Assembly: GCA_021806885.1 (NCBI GenBank)
Contig: JAKAPT010000002.1
Span: 1-52,602, forward strand
Direction: 5' to 3'
Length of the DNA stretch: 52,602 nt
Origin: a bacterium
Lineage (GTDB): Bacteria > SZUA-79 > Acidulodesulfobacterales > Acidulodesulfobacteraceae
Below the pieces are notes generated by a model. That model was given only the letters and a program-made list of their open reading frames with translations, was not told where the DNA came from and searched no databases. Within the stretch, counting starts at the first letter, position 1; every line of letters starts with the position of its first letter. A program made the position numbers and the translations under genes. Below are positions 1-12,107 of this stretch, piece after piece.

Positions 1-620
1 AGAAGACCGCCCCCAAGGCCCTGGGCTATGCCCATTGTCCCGGTATCCGCATCTATTACGGGTATCACGCAAGCCGGATTTGTAATAGGGACAACCCTTG
101 AACCGCTATCGCCGGTTTCTATCACCCTTCCCACGACCCCTCCGCTTGAGATTACTCCATCCCCTACCGCGACGCCGTCGCGGGTCCCCTTGTCTATATA
201 AAGGCTTTTGAACCATCCCTCAAGGCCGTGATAGGAAACGGAAGCCGGGATTAATTTTAACTTTAAGGAACCCTTCAGGGATAAAGCGGATTTAAGCTTT
301 TCGTTTTCCGCCCTGTAGGATTTATCTTTTAAAAGATTCAGCTCAAGCACGTTCAGGCGCGCCTTAAGAATGCGGTTTTTCTTTTTCACTTGAAGAATGT
401 CCATGTAATTCCTGTAAACCTTTTCAGTCAAAAAAACGGGGTAATCCACAACCCTGTAAATCCCGTAAGCGGAGTTCGAGATGAACCCCGAAAAAAGGCC
501 CGTGAATTTTACGCCGTTTAAGGACAGGATGTAGAAAAAAGCGGAAACGAGTATAACCGCGGACAGGATGATGGAGTCTATATGTTTCTTAAAACGGAAT
601 TTTCTTGGAAATAACGGCAC
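1..620 (-). CDS. mreC: rod shape-determining protein MreC (3' end runs off the window)
   Basis: Not in the ORF track because it is open at the window edge. Hand translation of the minus frame from GTG 620 is stop-free to nt 1. It reads MPLFPRKFRFKKHIDSIILSAVILVSAFF (TM), then a coiled-coil segment (LKARLNVLELNLLKDKSYRAENEKLK), then GVVGRVIETGDSGSRVVPITNPACVIPV. It starts 2 nt after the mreB stop, the canonical mreB-mreC order. Confidence 0.8.
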   Translation of the reverse strand, partial: MPLFPRKFRFKKHIDSIILSAVILVSAFFYILSLNGVKFTGLFSGFISNSAYGIYRVVDYPVFLTEKVYRNYMDILQVKKKNRILKARLNVLELNLLKDKSYRAENEKLKSALSLKGSLKLKLIPASVSYHGLEGWFKSLYIDKGTRDGVAVGDGVISSGGVVGRVIETGDSGSRVVPITNPACVIPVIDADTGTMGIAQGLGGGL

Positions 621-622
621 GA

Positions 623-1672
<1,050 letters not shown>

Positions 1673-1810
1673 TTATGAAATATTTTTAAAATTAACGGAT
1701 TATATTAAAATAATTAACGTTATCAATGATATATTATTTTGCTTCACTTTAGCAACTAATATTTATTTTATGGATTTTAACCCTCCCTTCTGATAAGATA
1801 TAACTTGTAT

Positions 1811-2863
1811 ATGGAACAAAACGTCTCGGAAAAAATTTTAGTATCCGGTATCAGGGAAAACCAGAAGGTTGACTCCCTTTTCCTGGTAAAAAGCAAGACA
1901 ATCGCTACCGGAAAAACCGGAAAACCTTATATATTCCTCAGGCTTTCGGATAAAAGCGGCGAAATCAAGGGGTATATCTGGGACAACGTGGAAAAATATT
2001 CCGGCGGGTTCAAAGCAGGAGACATAATAAAAATAAAATCCAGGTCGTCCGCTTTCCAAAACGAAATCCAGCTAGGAATAACGGAGGCGGAAAGAATAGA
2101 TAAAGGCAGCCTCAGCGAAAATATCCTTTCTTTTTTTCTTAAATCCACGAAATACGATACAAACAAGATGTTCGGCGAGCTCTTAAAAATAATCGACGTA
2201 AACGTTAAAAATGAATATATTTTAAGCCTTATAAAAAAATTTACGGACGACCCGTCCTTTGTCAAGAAATTAAGGACGATGCCGGCTGCCAAGTCGATTC
2301 ACCACAGCTATGTCGGAGGGCTTTTAGAGCATACGCTAAGCATGCTGAAAATAGCCGTGTTCCTGGCGGACAATTATGCCCCGTATGTCAATAAGGACAT
2401 ACTGATAGCGGGGGCGCTGCTTCACGACGCCGGAAAGATGGAAGAGCTTTCGAACAAAAATGACGCGACGGAATATTCCGACGAGGGAAGGCTTATCGGC
2501 CACATCGTCCTGGGAGCGGCCGCCGTCGACAGGAAGATTTCAGAGATTAAGGGGTTCCCTGAGGAACTAAGGCTTCTTATCCTTCATCTCATCATTTCCC
2601 ATCATGGGGAACTTGAATTCGGTTCTCCAAAGAGGCCCAAGACTATCGAGGCGCTTTTGCTTCACTTTATAGATAACATGGACGCAAAGGCCAACATATT
2701 CATGGACGTCTATGAAAGCCAGCAAACCCCGTGGAGCCAGTATTACAAACAACTTGACAGGTATATTCTTAACCCGGCTTTATTCTCCCTGAAGGACCGC
2801 GATGAAAAGGAGGATGGAAAAGACGACAACCGGCAAGAGGTTTATTCCGGGGAGCTTTTTTAG
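1811..2863 (+). CDS. yhaM: OB-fold plus HD-domain phosphohydrolase, YhaM-type 3'-5' exoribonuclease family
   Basis: N-terminal OB fold (KTGKPYIFLRLSDKSGEIKGYIWD). HD domain with HHSYVGGLLEHT and LLHDAGK. The track start TTG 1805 is probably replaced by ATG 1811. Confidence 0.75.
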   Translation: MEQNVSEKILVSGIRENQKVDSLFLVKSKTIATGKTGKPYIFLRLSDKSGEIKGYIWDNVEKYSGGFKAGDIIKIKSRSSAFQNEIQLGITEAERIDKGSLSENILSFFLKSTKYDTNKMFGELLKIIDVNVKNEYILSLIKKFTDDPSFVKKLRTMPAAKSIHHSYVGGLLEHTLSMLKIAVFLADNYAPYVNKDILIAGALLHDAGKMEELSNKNDATEYSDEGRLIGHIVLGAAAVDRKISEIKGFPEELRLLILHLIISHHGELEFGSPKRPKTIEALLLHFIDNMDAKANIFMDVYESQQTPWSQYYKQLDRYILNPALFSLKDRDEKEDGKDDNRQEVYSGELF

Positions 2864-2878
2864 GACGCCTGCCATTAT

Positions 2879-4333
2879 TCATCCCACATTATCGTACTGC
2901 CTTAACCTGAATTTTGCCCCCAGGCTCCCGGCGATTTTCCTGGCCAGCTCCACGTCGAGGCCGGGCAGGTCCACGGCGGTCGCCGTAACCTCCCCTATAT
3001 GTTTTCTCGATTCCCTTATGAACTCTATGACCGCGGCGTAGGCGTCCGCGTCTCCTTTTTTTAGCTCCGGCATACATACGTTATTGTAAAACTCCCTGTT
3101 GTGGGCGTTAAGGCTTACGCTCACGGAATCTATCACGCCTCCCAGAAATTCCGGGATATTCCTGCCGTAAACCGCGCTCGCGAGGCCGTCCGTGTCAAGC
3201 CTGGTTTTTATGTCCATTCCAAGGGCTTTTCCATTTTCCTTTATCATCGCGGCCGCCCTCCTTAACGCGTCCAGACGCAGGGTCGGCTCACCAAGGCCGC
3301 AGAACACGACCTCGCTAAAATCGTAATACCGGAAGACCGAGGAAACTACTTCGTCAGGGGAAGGCTCTTTTTTTAGCAGGAGGTTATATCCCCTTACGTT
3401 GTAATTATTCTTCCGGTCCCGGTATTTAGGACAGAAGGAGCACCTGTTCGTGCATTTATTGGTGAGATTTACATAGACGGAGTTCCTTATCTTGTAAGCC
3501 ACGGCCGGATAAAATCCCGGGACGTTGTCAAGTGAAAACAGGTTTACCGTATTCTGGGTCGTAAGGCCGTCAAGCCTCGAAAAATCAACCTCTTTTAATT
3601 CGGAAAGGGTCTTAAGGACAAAACGCGCGTATGAAGGTTCGTTTCTTTTCCCTCTGAAACCGTCCGGTGAAAGATACGGGCTGTCTGTTTCAATCAATAT
3701 TTTTTCATCGGGAATGTCCTTAGCGAGGGCCCTTAAATCCCCGCTGTTCTTATAGGTGATGTTGCCCGAGAAAGAAATAAAAAAACCGAGTTCCAGGAAT
3801 CTCCCCGCTAACCCGGTGTCTTTAGAAGAAAAGCAGTGGACGACCCCGCCGTAAAAGCCGCCCGGAAGATTGATATATCCCTCAAGAATTTCAAGGGCTT
3901 TTTCATAGGCGTCCCTAATGTGGACTATTAGCGGAAGCCCGTATTTCACCGCGAGTTCGATCTGGAACCTGAAGAGCTCTTCCTGGAGCCGTTTCGCGTT
4001 TTCGAGCTCCTTCCCGGTGATGCCCGGCAAAAAATAATCCAGGCCCGTTTCGCCCACGGCGACAATCTTATCCTGGTTTTGAAAATAATATTCATCGAAA
4101 AGGCGGGACAAATCGTTAAAATCCTTAAAAGGGCTTTTAGGATGGACCCCTAACGTGGTTTTTATAAAATCGTGCGCGCTTACTATTTCTATGGTTTTTT
4201 CTATTCTTTCGTTACGGGCCAGGGAACCGATGGAAATAGCGTTCGTCACGCCGTTACCCCTCATCCTTTTGAGGACTTCGGGAAAATCCTGTTCATAATC
4301 ACGCATTTCCAGGTGGCAGTGGGAATCTATCAT
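2879..4333 (-). CDS. fusion protein: TatD-family metal-dependent hydrolase (N-terminal) plus small radical SAM domain (C-terminal)
   Basis: TatD motifs MIDSHCHLE, VGETGLDY, VHCFS and ETDSPYL run to about aa 268. The C-terminal part carries YVNLTNKCTNRCSFCPK (CX3CX2C) and FCGLGEPTL. The start overlaps the metG stop by 4 nt. Confidence 0.85.
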   Translation of the reverse strand: MIDSHCHLEMRDYEQDFPEVLKRMRGNGVTNAISIGSLARNERIEKTIEIVSAHDFIKTTLGVHPKSPFKDFNDLSRLFDEYYFQNQDKIVAVGETGLDYFLPGITGKELENAKRLQEELFRFQIELAVKYGLPLIVHIRDAYEKALEILEGYINLPGGFYGGVVHCFSSKDTGLAGRFLELGFFISFSGNITYKNSGDLRALAKDIPDEKILIETDSPYLSPDGFRGKRNEPSYARFVLKTLSELKEVDFSRLDGLTTQNTVNLFSLDNVPGFYPAVAYKIRNSVYVNLTNKCTNRCSFCPKYRDRKNNYNVRGYNLLLKKEPSPDEVVSSVFRYYDFSEVVFCGLGEPTLRLDALRRAAAMIKENGKALGMDIKTRLDTDGLASAVYGRNIPEFLGGVIDSVSVSLNAHNREFYNNVCMPELKKGDADAYAAVIEFIRESRKHIGEVTATAVDLPGLDVELARKIAGSLGAKFRLRQYDNVG

Positions 4334-5904
4334 TTTTTGGGAAAGAGCACCCCCCTTGCCTTTTCATCCATATTGATTTTATGCGCCCTGTTAAATATAC
4401 CGCCCGCAAAACCCTTTAACCCTCCCCCTCTTTCTATTTTTACATTTTCAAATTCAAAAGGCCCGACGTTCAAAAGGGCATTTATCTTTCCGGAGGTTTC
4501 GGGCATAAAAGGATAAATAAAATACGAGGCGTAATATATGGAGACAAACGCGGTCCTTAGTATTTTTTTCAGCGTTTTAAGGCCGTCCTCTTCTTCGGGA
4601 TTCAATTTCCAGGGGGCATTGTCGTTAATATATTTGTTTACCATGTTTACAAACCTGAACGCGTCCTCAAGTATTTTAGAAAATTCGTAATTATCATACC
4701 TTTCGTTAAGCCCTCCAGCCAAATCATCCGCAAACGATAAAAGCGGGTTATCCTCCCCGGCGGAAGCCCCGGGAATTTCTCCCCCCATGTATTTTGCCAG
4801 CATAGCGGCAGACCTAGAAACAAGATTGCCAAGGTCGTTCGCGAGATCGGAATTATACCTCGTGATAAAATTGTCGGGATTAAAATCCCCGTCAAGCCCG
4901 GGAGGCACTTCCCTTAAAAGATAATACCTTAGGGCGTCCGCGCCGTATTCGCTTATTAAATCAAGCGGGTCTACAACGTTGCCCAGGGATTTTGACATCT
5001 TTTTGTTGTCCATGAGCCACCAGCCGTGGGCAAATATGGTTTCGGGAAGGGGCAAATCCAGGGCAAAAAGCATTATGGGCCAGTAAACCGAGTGAAATTT
5101 AAGGATATCCTTCCCCACCACGTGGTTCGCGGTTTTAAAAAACCTGAGGAACGTTTCTCCCCCGTTTTTATTTCCATATTTTAGATAATCCCCGAACCCG
5201 ATGCCCGTCAGATAATTCAGAAGGGCGTCGAACCAGACATATATGACATGATTTTCATCTCCCGGAACGGGAATACCCCATACGAAAGAGGTTCTTGATA
5301 TGCTCAGATCGTTAAGCCCCTCTTTCAGGAAAGAAACGACCTCGTTTTTTCTGAAGGAAGGCTTTATAAACCCCGGGTGGCTTTCTATGTAATCAAGGAG
5401 TCTGGATTCATACTTGCCTAGTTTTAGAAAATAACTTTTTTCCTTGACGCGCGCGGCGGCCCTTCCGCACTGGGGGCAGTTGCCCTCGACGAGGGATTTT
5501 TCTGTAAGAAACGTTTCGTCGGGAACGCAATACCACCCCTCATATTCCGAGAGATAAACGTCGCCCTTTTCTAATAGCTTCTTAAACGCCGTCTGAACCG
5601 TGCTTTCATGGTCGGGATCGGTAGTACGGATAAACCTGTCAAAAGAAATATTAAGGAGCTTGAAAAGGTCCTTGAACTTGGTGTGGACGTCGTCCGCGAG
5701 CTTCCTGGGGGTTACCGCCCTCGCGGCGGCTTCCCTTTCTATCTTCAAGCCGTGTTCGTCTGTCCCGGTCATAAAAAAAACCCTGTAACCGGAAAGCCTT
5801 TTGAACCTTGCCACGCTATCGGCTATTATCGTGGAATAGGCATGGCCTATATGGGGCTTGTCATTTACGTAATAAATCGGGGTCGTGACAAAGAAATACC
5901 TCAT
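4330..5904 (-). CDS. metG: methionine--tRNA ligase (short form, no C-terminal tRNA-binding domain)
   Basis: PIYYVNDKPHIGHAYS (HIGH motif), KMSKSLGN (KMSKS motif), CPQCG knuckle. Confidence 0.95.
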   Translation of the reverse strand: MRYFFVTTPIYYVNDKPHIGHAYSTIIADSVARFKRLSGYRVFFMTGTDEHGLKIEREAAARAVTPRKLADDVHTKFKDLFKLLNISFDRFIRTTDPDHESTVQTAFKKLLEKGDVYLSEYEGWYCVPDETFLTEKSLVEGNCPQCGRAAARVKEKSYFLKLGKYESRLLDYIESHPGFIKPSFRKNEVVSFLKEGLNDLSISRTSFVWGIPVPGDENHVIYVWFDALLNYLTGIGFGDYLKYGNKNGGETFLRFFKTANHVVGKDILKFHSVYWPIMLFALDLPLPETIFAHGWWLMDNKKMSKSLGNVVDPLDLISEYGADALRYYLLREVPPGLDGDFNPDNFITRYNSDLANDLGNLVSRSAAMLAKYMGGEIPGASAGEDNPLLSFADDLAGGLNERYDNYEFSKILEDAFRFVNMVNKYINDNAPWKLNPEEEDGLKTLKKILRTAFVSIYYASYFIYPFMPETSGKINALLNVGPFEFENVKIERGGGLKGFAGGIFNRAHKINMDEKARGVLFPKK

Positions 5905-6617
5905 TGATTTTCATCCCCGGAACCCTCTTCCCCGGAAGCGTAACTGCTGTAAAAGACGGGTCCTTTATTGTTGTCCGGTTTGCAAATCCCGCCCTCCTCG
6001 CCATACGGATCGAATGCTAGACAGCATAATAGCCTTCCGCAATAACCGGCCAGCTTGGCGGCTCCCTGGCACTGGGCCCTGGCGGTTTTAATCTGGACCC
6101 TGGCAAGTTCATGTATAAAAGAGCCGCAGCAGCACTCTCTTCCGCATACGCCGAGCCCCCCAAGAAGCTTGCATTCATCCCGGATATTAATCTGGCGCAT
6201 TTCTATCCTCATATGAAACCGACCGGCAAGTATTTTAACCAGCTCCCTGAAATCGACCCTTTCATCGGCGCTGTAAAAAAATATAAGCTTATTTTCCTGG
6301 GAAAGAAACCTCACTTTGAGAAGTTTCATGAGGATCCCGAGTTTTTTCACCTGCGTCCTGCAAAAATCAATGCCGTCATTCTCTACCATGTAATGAAGAA
6401 ATTTTTCGCCGGTTTCAAAATTATAAAGTTTCCTCAGTATCTCCGGCAGCGTACCCGCCCCCCTTTCCTCCACCTTGACGTCTTCCGCGACGGTTCCCCT
6501 GTAAATAGTATCGTCCTTAAGGGCTAATACCCTGTCCTCCGGCTTAAGCTCCAGGGCTTTCGCGTTAAATTCGACGGGGGCCGAATTTTCGTATAATTTA
6601 ATTTTTACGATTCTCAT
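5901..6617 (-). CDS. ricT: PSP1-domain protein (YaaT/RicT family)
   Basis: PSP1 core (FFYSADERVDFRELVKILAGRFHMRIEMRQI) and a Cys-rich tail (CGRECCCGSF, CGRLLCC). Sits in the conserved holB-yaaT-metG neighbourhood. Confidence 0.8.
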   Translation of the reverse strand: MRIVKIKLYENSAPVEFNAKALELKPEDRVLALKDDTIYRGTVAEDVKVEERGAGTLPEILRKLYNFETGEKFLHYMVENDGIDFCRTQVKKLGILMKLLKVRFLSQENKLIFFYSADERVDFRELVKILAGRFHMRIEMRQINIRDECKLLGGLGVCGRECCCGSFIHELARVQIKTARAQCQGAAKLAGYCGRLLCCLAFDPYGEEGGICKPDNNKGPVFYSSYASGEEGSGDENQ

Positions 6618-6629
6618 TTGATAATTTGG

Positions 6630-7715
6630 TTAAGCGGGCTTAAGGGAGGATAAAAGACCGGAGAAATAGGAATCCGTAACGATTGTTTTGTTTAAGTTAT
6701 ATTCCATTTTATCCATGTAATTCACGGTTTTATCTATCATCCCTAAAAGCCCGGCCGATGTTACTCCGGGTTCATTTATGAATTTCCTTATTTCCTCAAG
6801 GATATCGCTATTATACAACAACTCCCCTCTTCCTGTCACAAAATAAATATAAATATCCCTTAAAATTAGAAGAAGCATCTCTGCCGCGCCGGAAGGCCTT
6901 CCGTGAAATTCCTTAATCATCCTTCCAAATTCATCGGATAAGCTGAAATATTCTAAAACTCCTTTCCGGTGCAGAAATAAGGGAGTCAATATATCGTTGA
7001 TAAGGTACTTCCTTAAACCCTGATATCCTCCCTCCAGAAGTCTTTCAAAATCGGAAAAACTTCCGTTGGCGATCCTTGAAAAAACCATTAGGGAATCTTC
7101 TTCAAAATTATAATCCTCTCCATTGGCGCGTCTTTCCTTCACCGCGTTTATAAGGGCGTCGCCTGAAATTCCTCCGAACCTTAAAAGAGAGCATCTCGAT
7201 ATAATCGTGGGAAGAAGGCCGTTAATGTTCGAGGCTATAAGAATGAAACATACGTCCTCCGGGGGTTCTTCAAGTATTTTTAAAAGCGCGTTCATAGCGC
7301 TTTTGTTCATAAGGGGAGCGTCGTCTATTACGACGAATCTCCTTGTTTTAAAAGAGGGTTTCAGGGCCAGGATTGATTTAAGCCTGTTGACGGAGTCGAG
7401 CTTGATTATTCCCGAAACGGGTTCGATAATCAAAAAGTTCGGATTGGTTCTTCTCTCCGAACTTGCGCAGGAGGGGCACTTCCCGCAGGAGTAAAGGGGG
7501 ACCGCGGAGTTTTTGTCAACGGCGGCGCCGTTTACAATAGCCCCGTAGTCATGGCATAATACGGACTTCGCGAATAAAGAGGCTATATACCTTTTTCCGG
7601 CGTTCTTTTGTCCGTGAAAGATAAACCCGTGGGGAATCCTCCCTCTCCTGAATACCTCGTTAAGAAACTCCGTTTCTTTTTCGTGCCCGACAATGCCCTG
7701 GATTTTAATTTCCAT
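6630..7715 (-). CDS. holB: DNA polymerase III delta-prime subunit
   Basis: Clamp-loader AAA+ fold: RIPHGFIFHGQKNAGK, zinc module CGKCPSCAS, SRC motif (IISRCSLLRF). Confidence 0.85.
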   Translation of the reverse strand: MEIKIQGIVGHEKETEFLNEVFRRGRIPHGFIFHGQKNAGKRYIASLFAKSVLCHDYGAIVNGAAVDKNSAVPLYSCGKCPSCASSERRTNPNFLIIEPVSGIIKLDSVNRLKSILALKPSFKTRRFVVIDDAPLMNKSAMNALLKILEEPPEDVCFILIASNINGLLPTIISRCSLLRFGGISGDALINAVKERRANGEDYNFEEDSLMVFSRIANGSFSDFERLLEGGYQGLRKYLINDILTPLFLHRKGVLEYFSLSDEFGRMIKEFHGRPSGAAEMLLLILRDIYIYFVTGRGELLYNSDILEEIRKFINEPGVTSAGLLGMIDKTVNYMDKMEYNLNKTIVTDSYFSGLLSSLKPA

Positions 7716-7732
7716 GGTTTCCTAATTATTCC

Positions 7733-8788
7733 TCAGTCTATATTGTAAAGATACATGGCGTCTCCAAAACTGAAAAGAGAATAGCCGTTTTTAATTGCCT
7801 CCGAGTATAAAGCCTTTGCCCGTTCAAGCCCGACGAGGGCGCTAATCATGATAAAAAGCGACGATTTAGGCTGGTGAAAATTTGTAATAAGGTTTTTCGT
7901 AATTTTGAATTTATATCCAGGGTAAATATAAAGGGATGTTTTTTTCTCCCGGATCTCGCTCACGGCCCCCATGTCATTCGCGGCCGTTTCAAGGCACCTT
8001 ACCGATGAAGTCCCCGTAAGAATTATTTTTTTCCCGGACCGGGAAGCCCCGTTTATAATATTCGCGGATTTTTCCGGAATACTGAACGTCTCTGGATGCA
8101 TCTCATGGTTTTCAATGATTCCTTCCCTCACGGGCGTGAACGTCCCCAGGCCTATATTCAGCGAAATACCGGTAAAAATCGCCCCTTTTTTTTCGGCGCT
8201 TTTAATAAGCCTGTCGGAAAAATGGAGTCCCGCGGTGGGCGCCGCGACGGAAAACCCGCATGAGTCATCCGAGTAAACCGTCTGGTAATAGACCTCGTCT
8301 ATTTCTTCGGGTTCCCTTTTAAGATAAGGGGGAAGGGGCATCATGGCGCAGTGGTTAAAAATGAAGTCGAATTCCTTTGAGTCTTTTATAAGTATCTCAT
8401 AAACCCCGTTTCCAAGGTTTTTTAAAACCTCGACCGGGGTATTATCATTCAGGTAAATCTTTTCCCCGGCCTTTACGGTTTTATGGGAATTCAAAAGAAC
8501 CTTAAGCGCCAATGGAAAAAACAAGTTCTTCGGAAATTCGGAGACAAAAATCTCGACCTTTCCTCCGCTTACCCTCTTTCCTTTGAGCCTTGCCTTCTTC
8601 ACCCGGGAGTTGTTAACGACCAGAACATCCCCTTTATCTATGTAGTCCGTTATTTGATAAAACCTTTTGTGCTCTATCCTGAAGTTTTTAACGTCGACCG
8701 CGAGAAGCCTCGAGCTTTCTCTTTCCCTCAAGGGATACCTGGCTATAAGATTTTCGTCGTATTCGTAGTCGAACAGGTTAAGTTCCAT
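7733..8788 (-). CDS. queA: S-adenosylmethionine:tRNA ribosyltransferase-isomerase
   Basis: MELNLFDYEYDENLIARYP, SRLL, AAPTAGLHF, HQPKSSL. I moved the start to the internal Met (8788), which matches the usual QueA N-terminus. Confidence 0.92.
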   Translation of the reverse strand: MELNLFDYEYDENLIARYPLRERESSRLLAVDVKNFRIEHKRFYQITDYIDKGDVLVVNNSRVKKARLKGKRVSGGKVEIFVSEFPKNLFFPLALKVLLNSHKTVKAGEKIYLNDNTPVEVLKNLGNGVYEILIKDSKEFDFIFNHCAMMPLPPYLKREPEEIDEVYYQTVYSDDSCGFSVAAPTAGLHFSDRLIKSAEKKGAIFTGISLNIGLGTFTPVREGIIENHEMHPETFSIPEKSANIINGASRSGKKIILTGTSSVRCLETAANDMGAVSEIREKKTSLYIYPGYKFKITKNLITNFHQPKSSLFIMISALVGLERAKALYSEAIKNGYSLFSFGDAMYLYNID

Positions 8789-8853
8789 AAAAAATATTTT
8801 ATTATATTCTCCGGTTTTAAACAACCGGGCGCTTTAAAAAAACCATTTTTTAA

Positions 8854-9987
<1,134 letters not shown>

Positions 9988-10075
9988 CATTATTTAAATT
10001 AAAATATATTATTATTTAAAATTTAAAATTCGTAATAAAAATAAAAATTAAATAATAAATATTCAGGAGGAACAG

Positions 10076-10435
10076 GTGGAAATTCTGCATGGTTTTTTAA
10101 ATCTCTTCACGGTCGAGAACGCTTACGCCGCCGGTGCCGGCAAAGCTCAGGGAGGCTGGGAAAGCACGTTCATCGGCTTCGCCCCGCTCATCGCGATTGT
10201 CGTCATATTCTATCTTCTGGTTATTCTTCCCCAGCAAAAAAGGACGAAGGACCATAAAAAGATGGTAGAAGATCTAAAGGTTGGGGACGAGGTCCTTACT
10301 AACGGAGGAATAATCGGAAACATTGCCGGAATAGCGGACAAGGCGTTCACTCTCGAGATAGCGCCTAACGTCAAGGTTAAAATAGCCAGAAGCGCTGTCG
10401 CCGCGAGGACCCAGTCCGGAACCCAGGGCAAATAA
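10076..10435 (+). CDS. yajC: preprotein translocase subunit YajC
   Basis: Single TM followed by PQQKRTKDHKKMVEDLKVGDEVLTNGGIIG. Shine-Dalgarno caggagg precedes the GTG start. Lies upstream of secDF. Confidence 0.9.
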   Translation: MEILHGFLNLFTVENAYAAGAGKAQGGWESTFIGFAPLIAIVVIFYLLVILPQQKRTKDHKKMVEDLKVGDEVLTNGGIIGNIAGIADKAFTLEIAPNVKVKIARSAVAARTQSGTQGK

Positions 10436-10537
10436 ACCGAGCTGCGGGCGAAACGGGGTTCAGCTAAGCGGAAAGCAAGCTCATGCAAATCGCCAAGGCT
10501 CCCTTACCATAACCAATATCATGGAGAGATTTATAAG

Positions 10538-12097
10538 GTGAAACCTGTAAAAACTAGAATAATATTAATTTTATCCTTTATAGCGATATCGGTTTTTTCA
10601 ATAATACCTTCTGTTTATCCCAACACCCCGGGTTGGTGGAAGGGCATACTCGGAAATACCGAAATGCACCTTGGACTTGACCTTCAGGGGGGCGTTTACC
10701 TCGTCGAAAAAGTTGAAACAAACAAGGCCGTAAGCGAAAAGCTTTACGGGGATTATACCGATATAAAAAACTTTATAAACCCCTCGAACCCCGACGACCT
10801 GAAGTTTGAAAACGACCGCATAATAATAAGCGGAAGCCTCCTGAACAAGGAAAACGAAATCAGCGGTTACATAGGCAACCGGCATAAAAACCTGGAAATT
10901 TCCGGAAACATCATCTCTTTCAAGCCGTCCTCCGTTGCCCTTTTCAAGAAAGAGGCCGTTTCAGGGGCTCTTGAGGTCATGAGAAACAGGATTGACCAGT
11001 TCGGTCTTGTTTCTCCCCAGATAGCCCGCCAGGGAAAAGACCTTATCTCGGTAGAACTTCCGGGAGTGAAAAACGTGAAGCAGGCCGTAAAGCTTATAGG
11101 AAAAACCGCCAGGCTTACCTTTAAGCTGGTTGACGACAAACACAACGTTTTAAAAGCCGTTAACGGCAAGATACCGGCCGGGGACGAGATTCTTTACCAT
11201 TCCACCTACAACAAATTCAGCCATAAGACCACAAAAGCGCCTTTCCTTATTGAAAAGGCGGTGCTTATGAGCGGTTCGGAAATCGGAACCGCGAATGTTC
11301 AGATAAACAGGTATAACCAGCCTATAGTCGGACTAACCCTTAACTCCCGGGGGACAAAAGATTTTGGCGACATCACTACAAAAAACACCGGAAAGAGGCT
11401 CGCTATCATCCTTGACAACAATGTCATCTCCGCGCCGGTTATAGAAGAGCCGATACTCGGGGGAAGCGCCTCCATATCCGGAAGATTCACAATGGCTCAG
11501 GCAAATAACCTTGCCATAGCCCTTCGCTCCGGCGCCCTTCCGGCACCGGTAAAAATAATCGAGAACAACACCGTCGGGCCGACCCTCGGTGCGGACTCAA
11601 TTCATGACGGTATTCTCGCCGCCATAATCGGAACGATTCTCGTCGTCGCTTTTATGATATTTTATTACGGTTTTTCCGGCCTAATAGCCGATTTCGCCCT
11701 TGTGGAAAACGTCCTTTTCCTCGTGGCCGCGCTTGCCCTTTTCGGCGCTACTCTTACCCTCCCCGGGATAGCGGGAATAATCCTCACTATCGGCATGTCG
11801 GTCGACTCGAACGTGCTGATATTCGAAAGGATAAGGGAGGAACTGAGGGAAAAGAAACCGGTGGTAACGGCAATTGAAAACGGATACAATAAGGCCTTCT
11901 TTACGATACTCGACTCTCATGTAACCGCGCTGATAACCGCCGCGGTGCTTTTTTATTTTGGTTCTGGACCGATAAAGGGCTTTGCCGTAACGCTTTCGTT
12001 AGGCATTATAATAAACCTTTTTACATCCCTCGTGGGCACGAAGGTAATATTCGATATTATATCCAATAAAAAAGAACTTAAAAAGATAAGCATATAG
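10538..12097 (+). CDS. secD: protein translocase subunit SecD
   Basis: 519 aa. N-terminal TM, large periplasmic domain (LGLDLQGG), and a C-terminal 6-TM bundle (GIAGIILTIGMSVDSNVLIFERIREE). Confidence 0.95.
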   Translation: MKPVKTRIILILSFIAISVFSIIPSVYPNTPGWWKGILGNTEMHLGLDLQGGVYLVEKVETNKAVSEKLYGDYTDIKNFINPSNPDDLKFENDRIIISGSLLNKENEISGYIGNRHKNLEISGNIISFKPSSVALFKKEAVSGALEVMRNRIDQFGLVSPQIARQGKDLISVELPGVKNVKQAVKLIGKTARLTFKLVDDKHNVLKAVNGKIPAGDEILYHSTYNKFSHKTTKAPFLIEKAVLMSGSEIGTANVQINRYNQPIVGLTLNSRGTKDFGDITTKNTGKRLAIILDNNVISAPVIEEPILGGSASISGRFTMAQANNLAIALRSGALPAPVKIIENNTVGPTLGADSIHDGILAAIIGTILVVAFMIFYYGFSGLIADFALVENVLFLVAALALFGATLTLPGIAGIILTIGMSVDSNVLIFERIREELREKKPVVTAIENGYNKAFFTILDSHVTALITAAVLFYFGSGPIKGFAVTLSLGIIINLFTSLVGTKVIFDIISNKKELKKISI

Positions 12098-12107
12098 GGA
12101 GAATAAG

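Noticed and set aside
5715-5735. A CCGCC-CTCGC-GGCGG hairpin-like sequence in metG that resembles the GCGA hairpin family
   Set aside because: It lies inside a well-conserved coding region (EAAARAVTP), the stem is short, and the flanks do not match. I treat it as coincidence.
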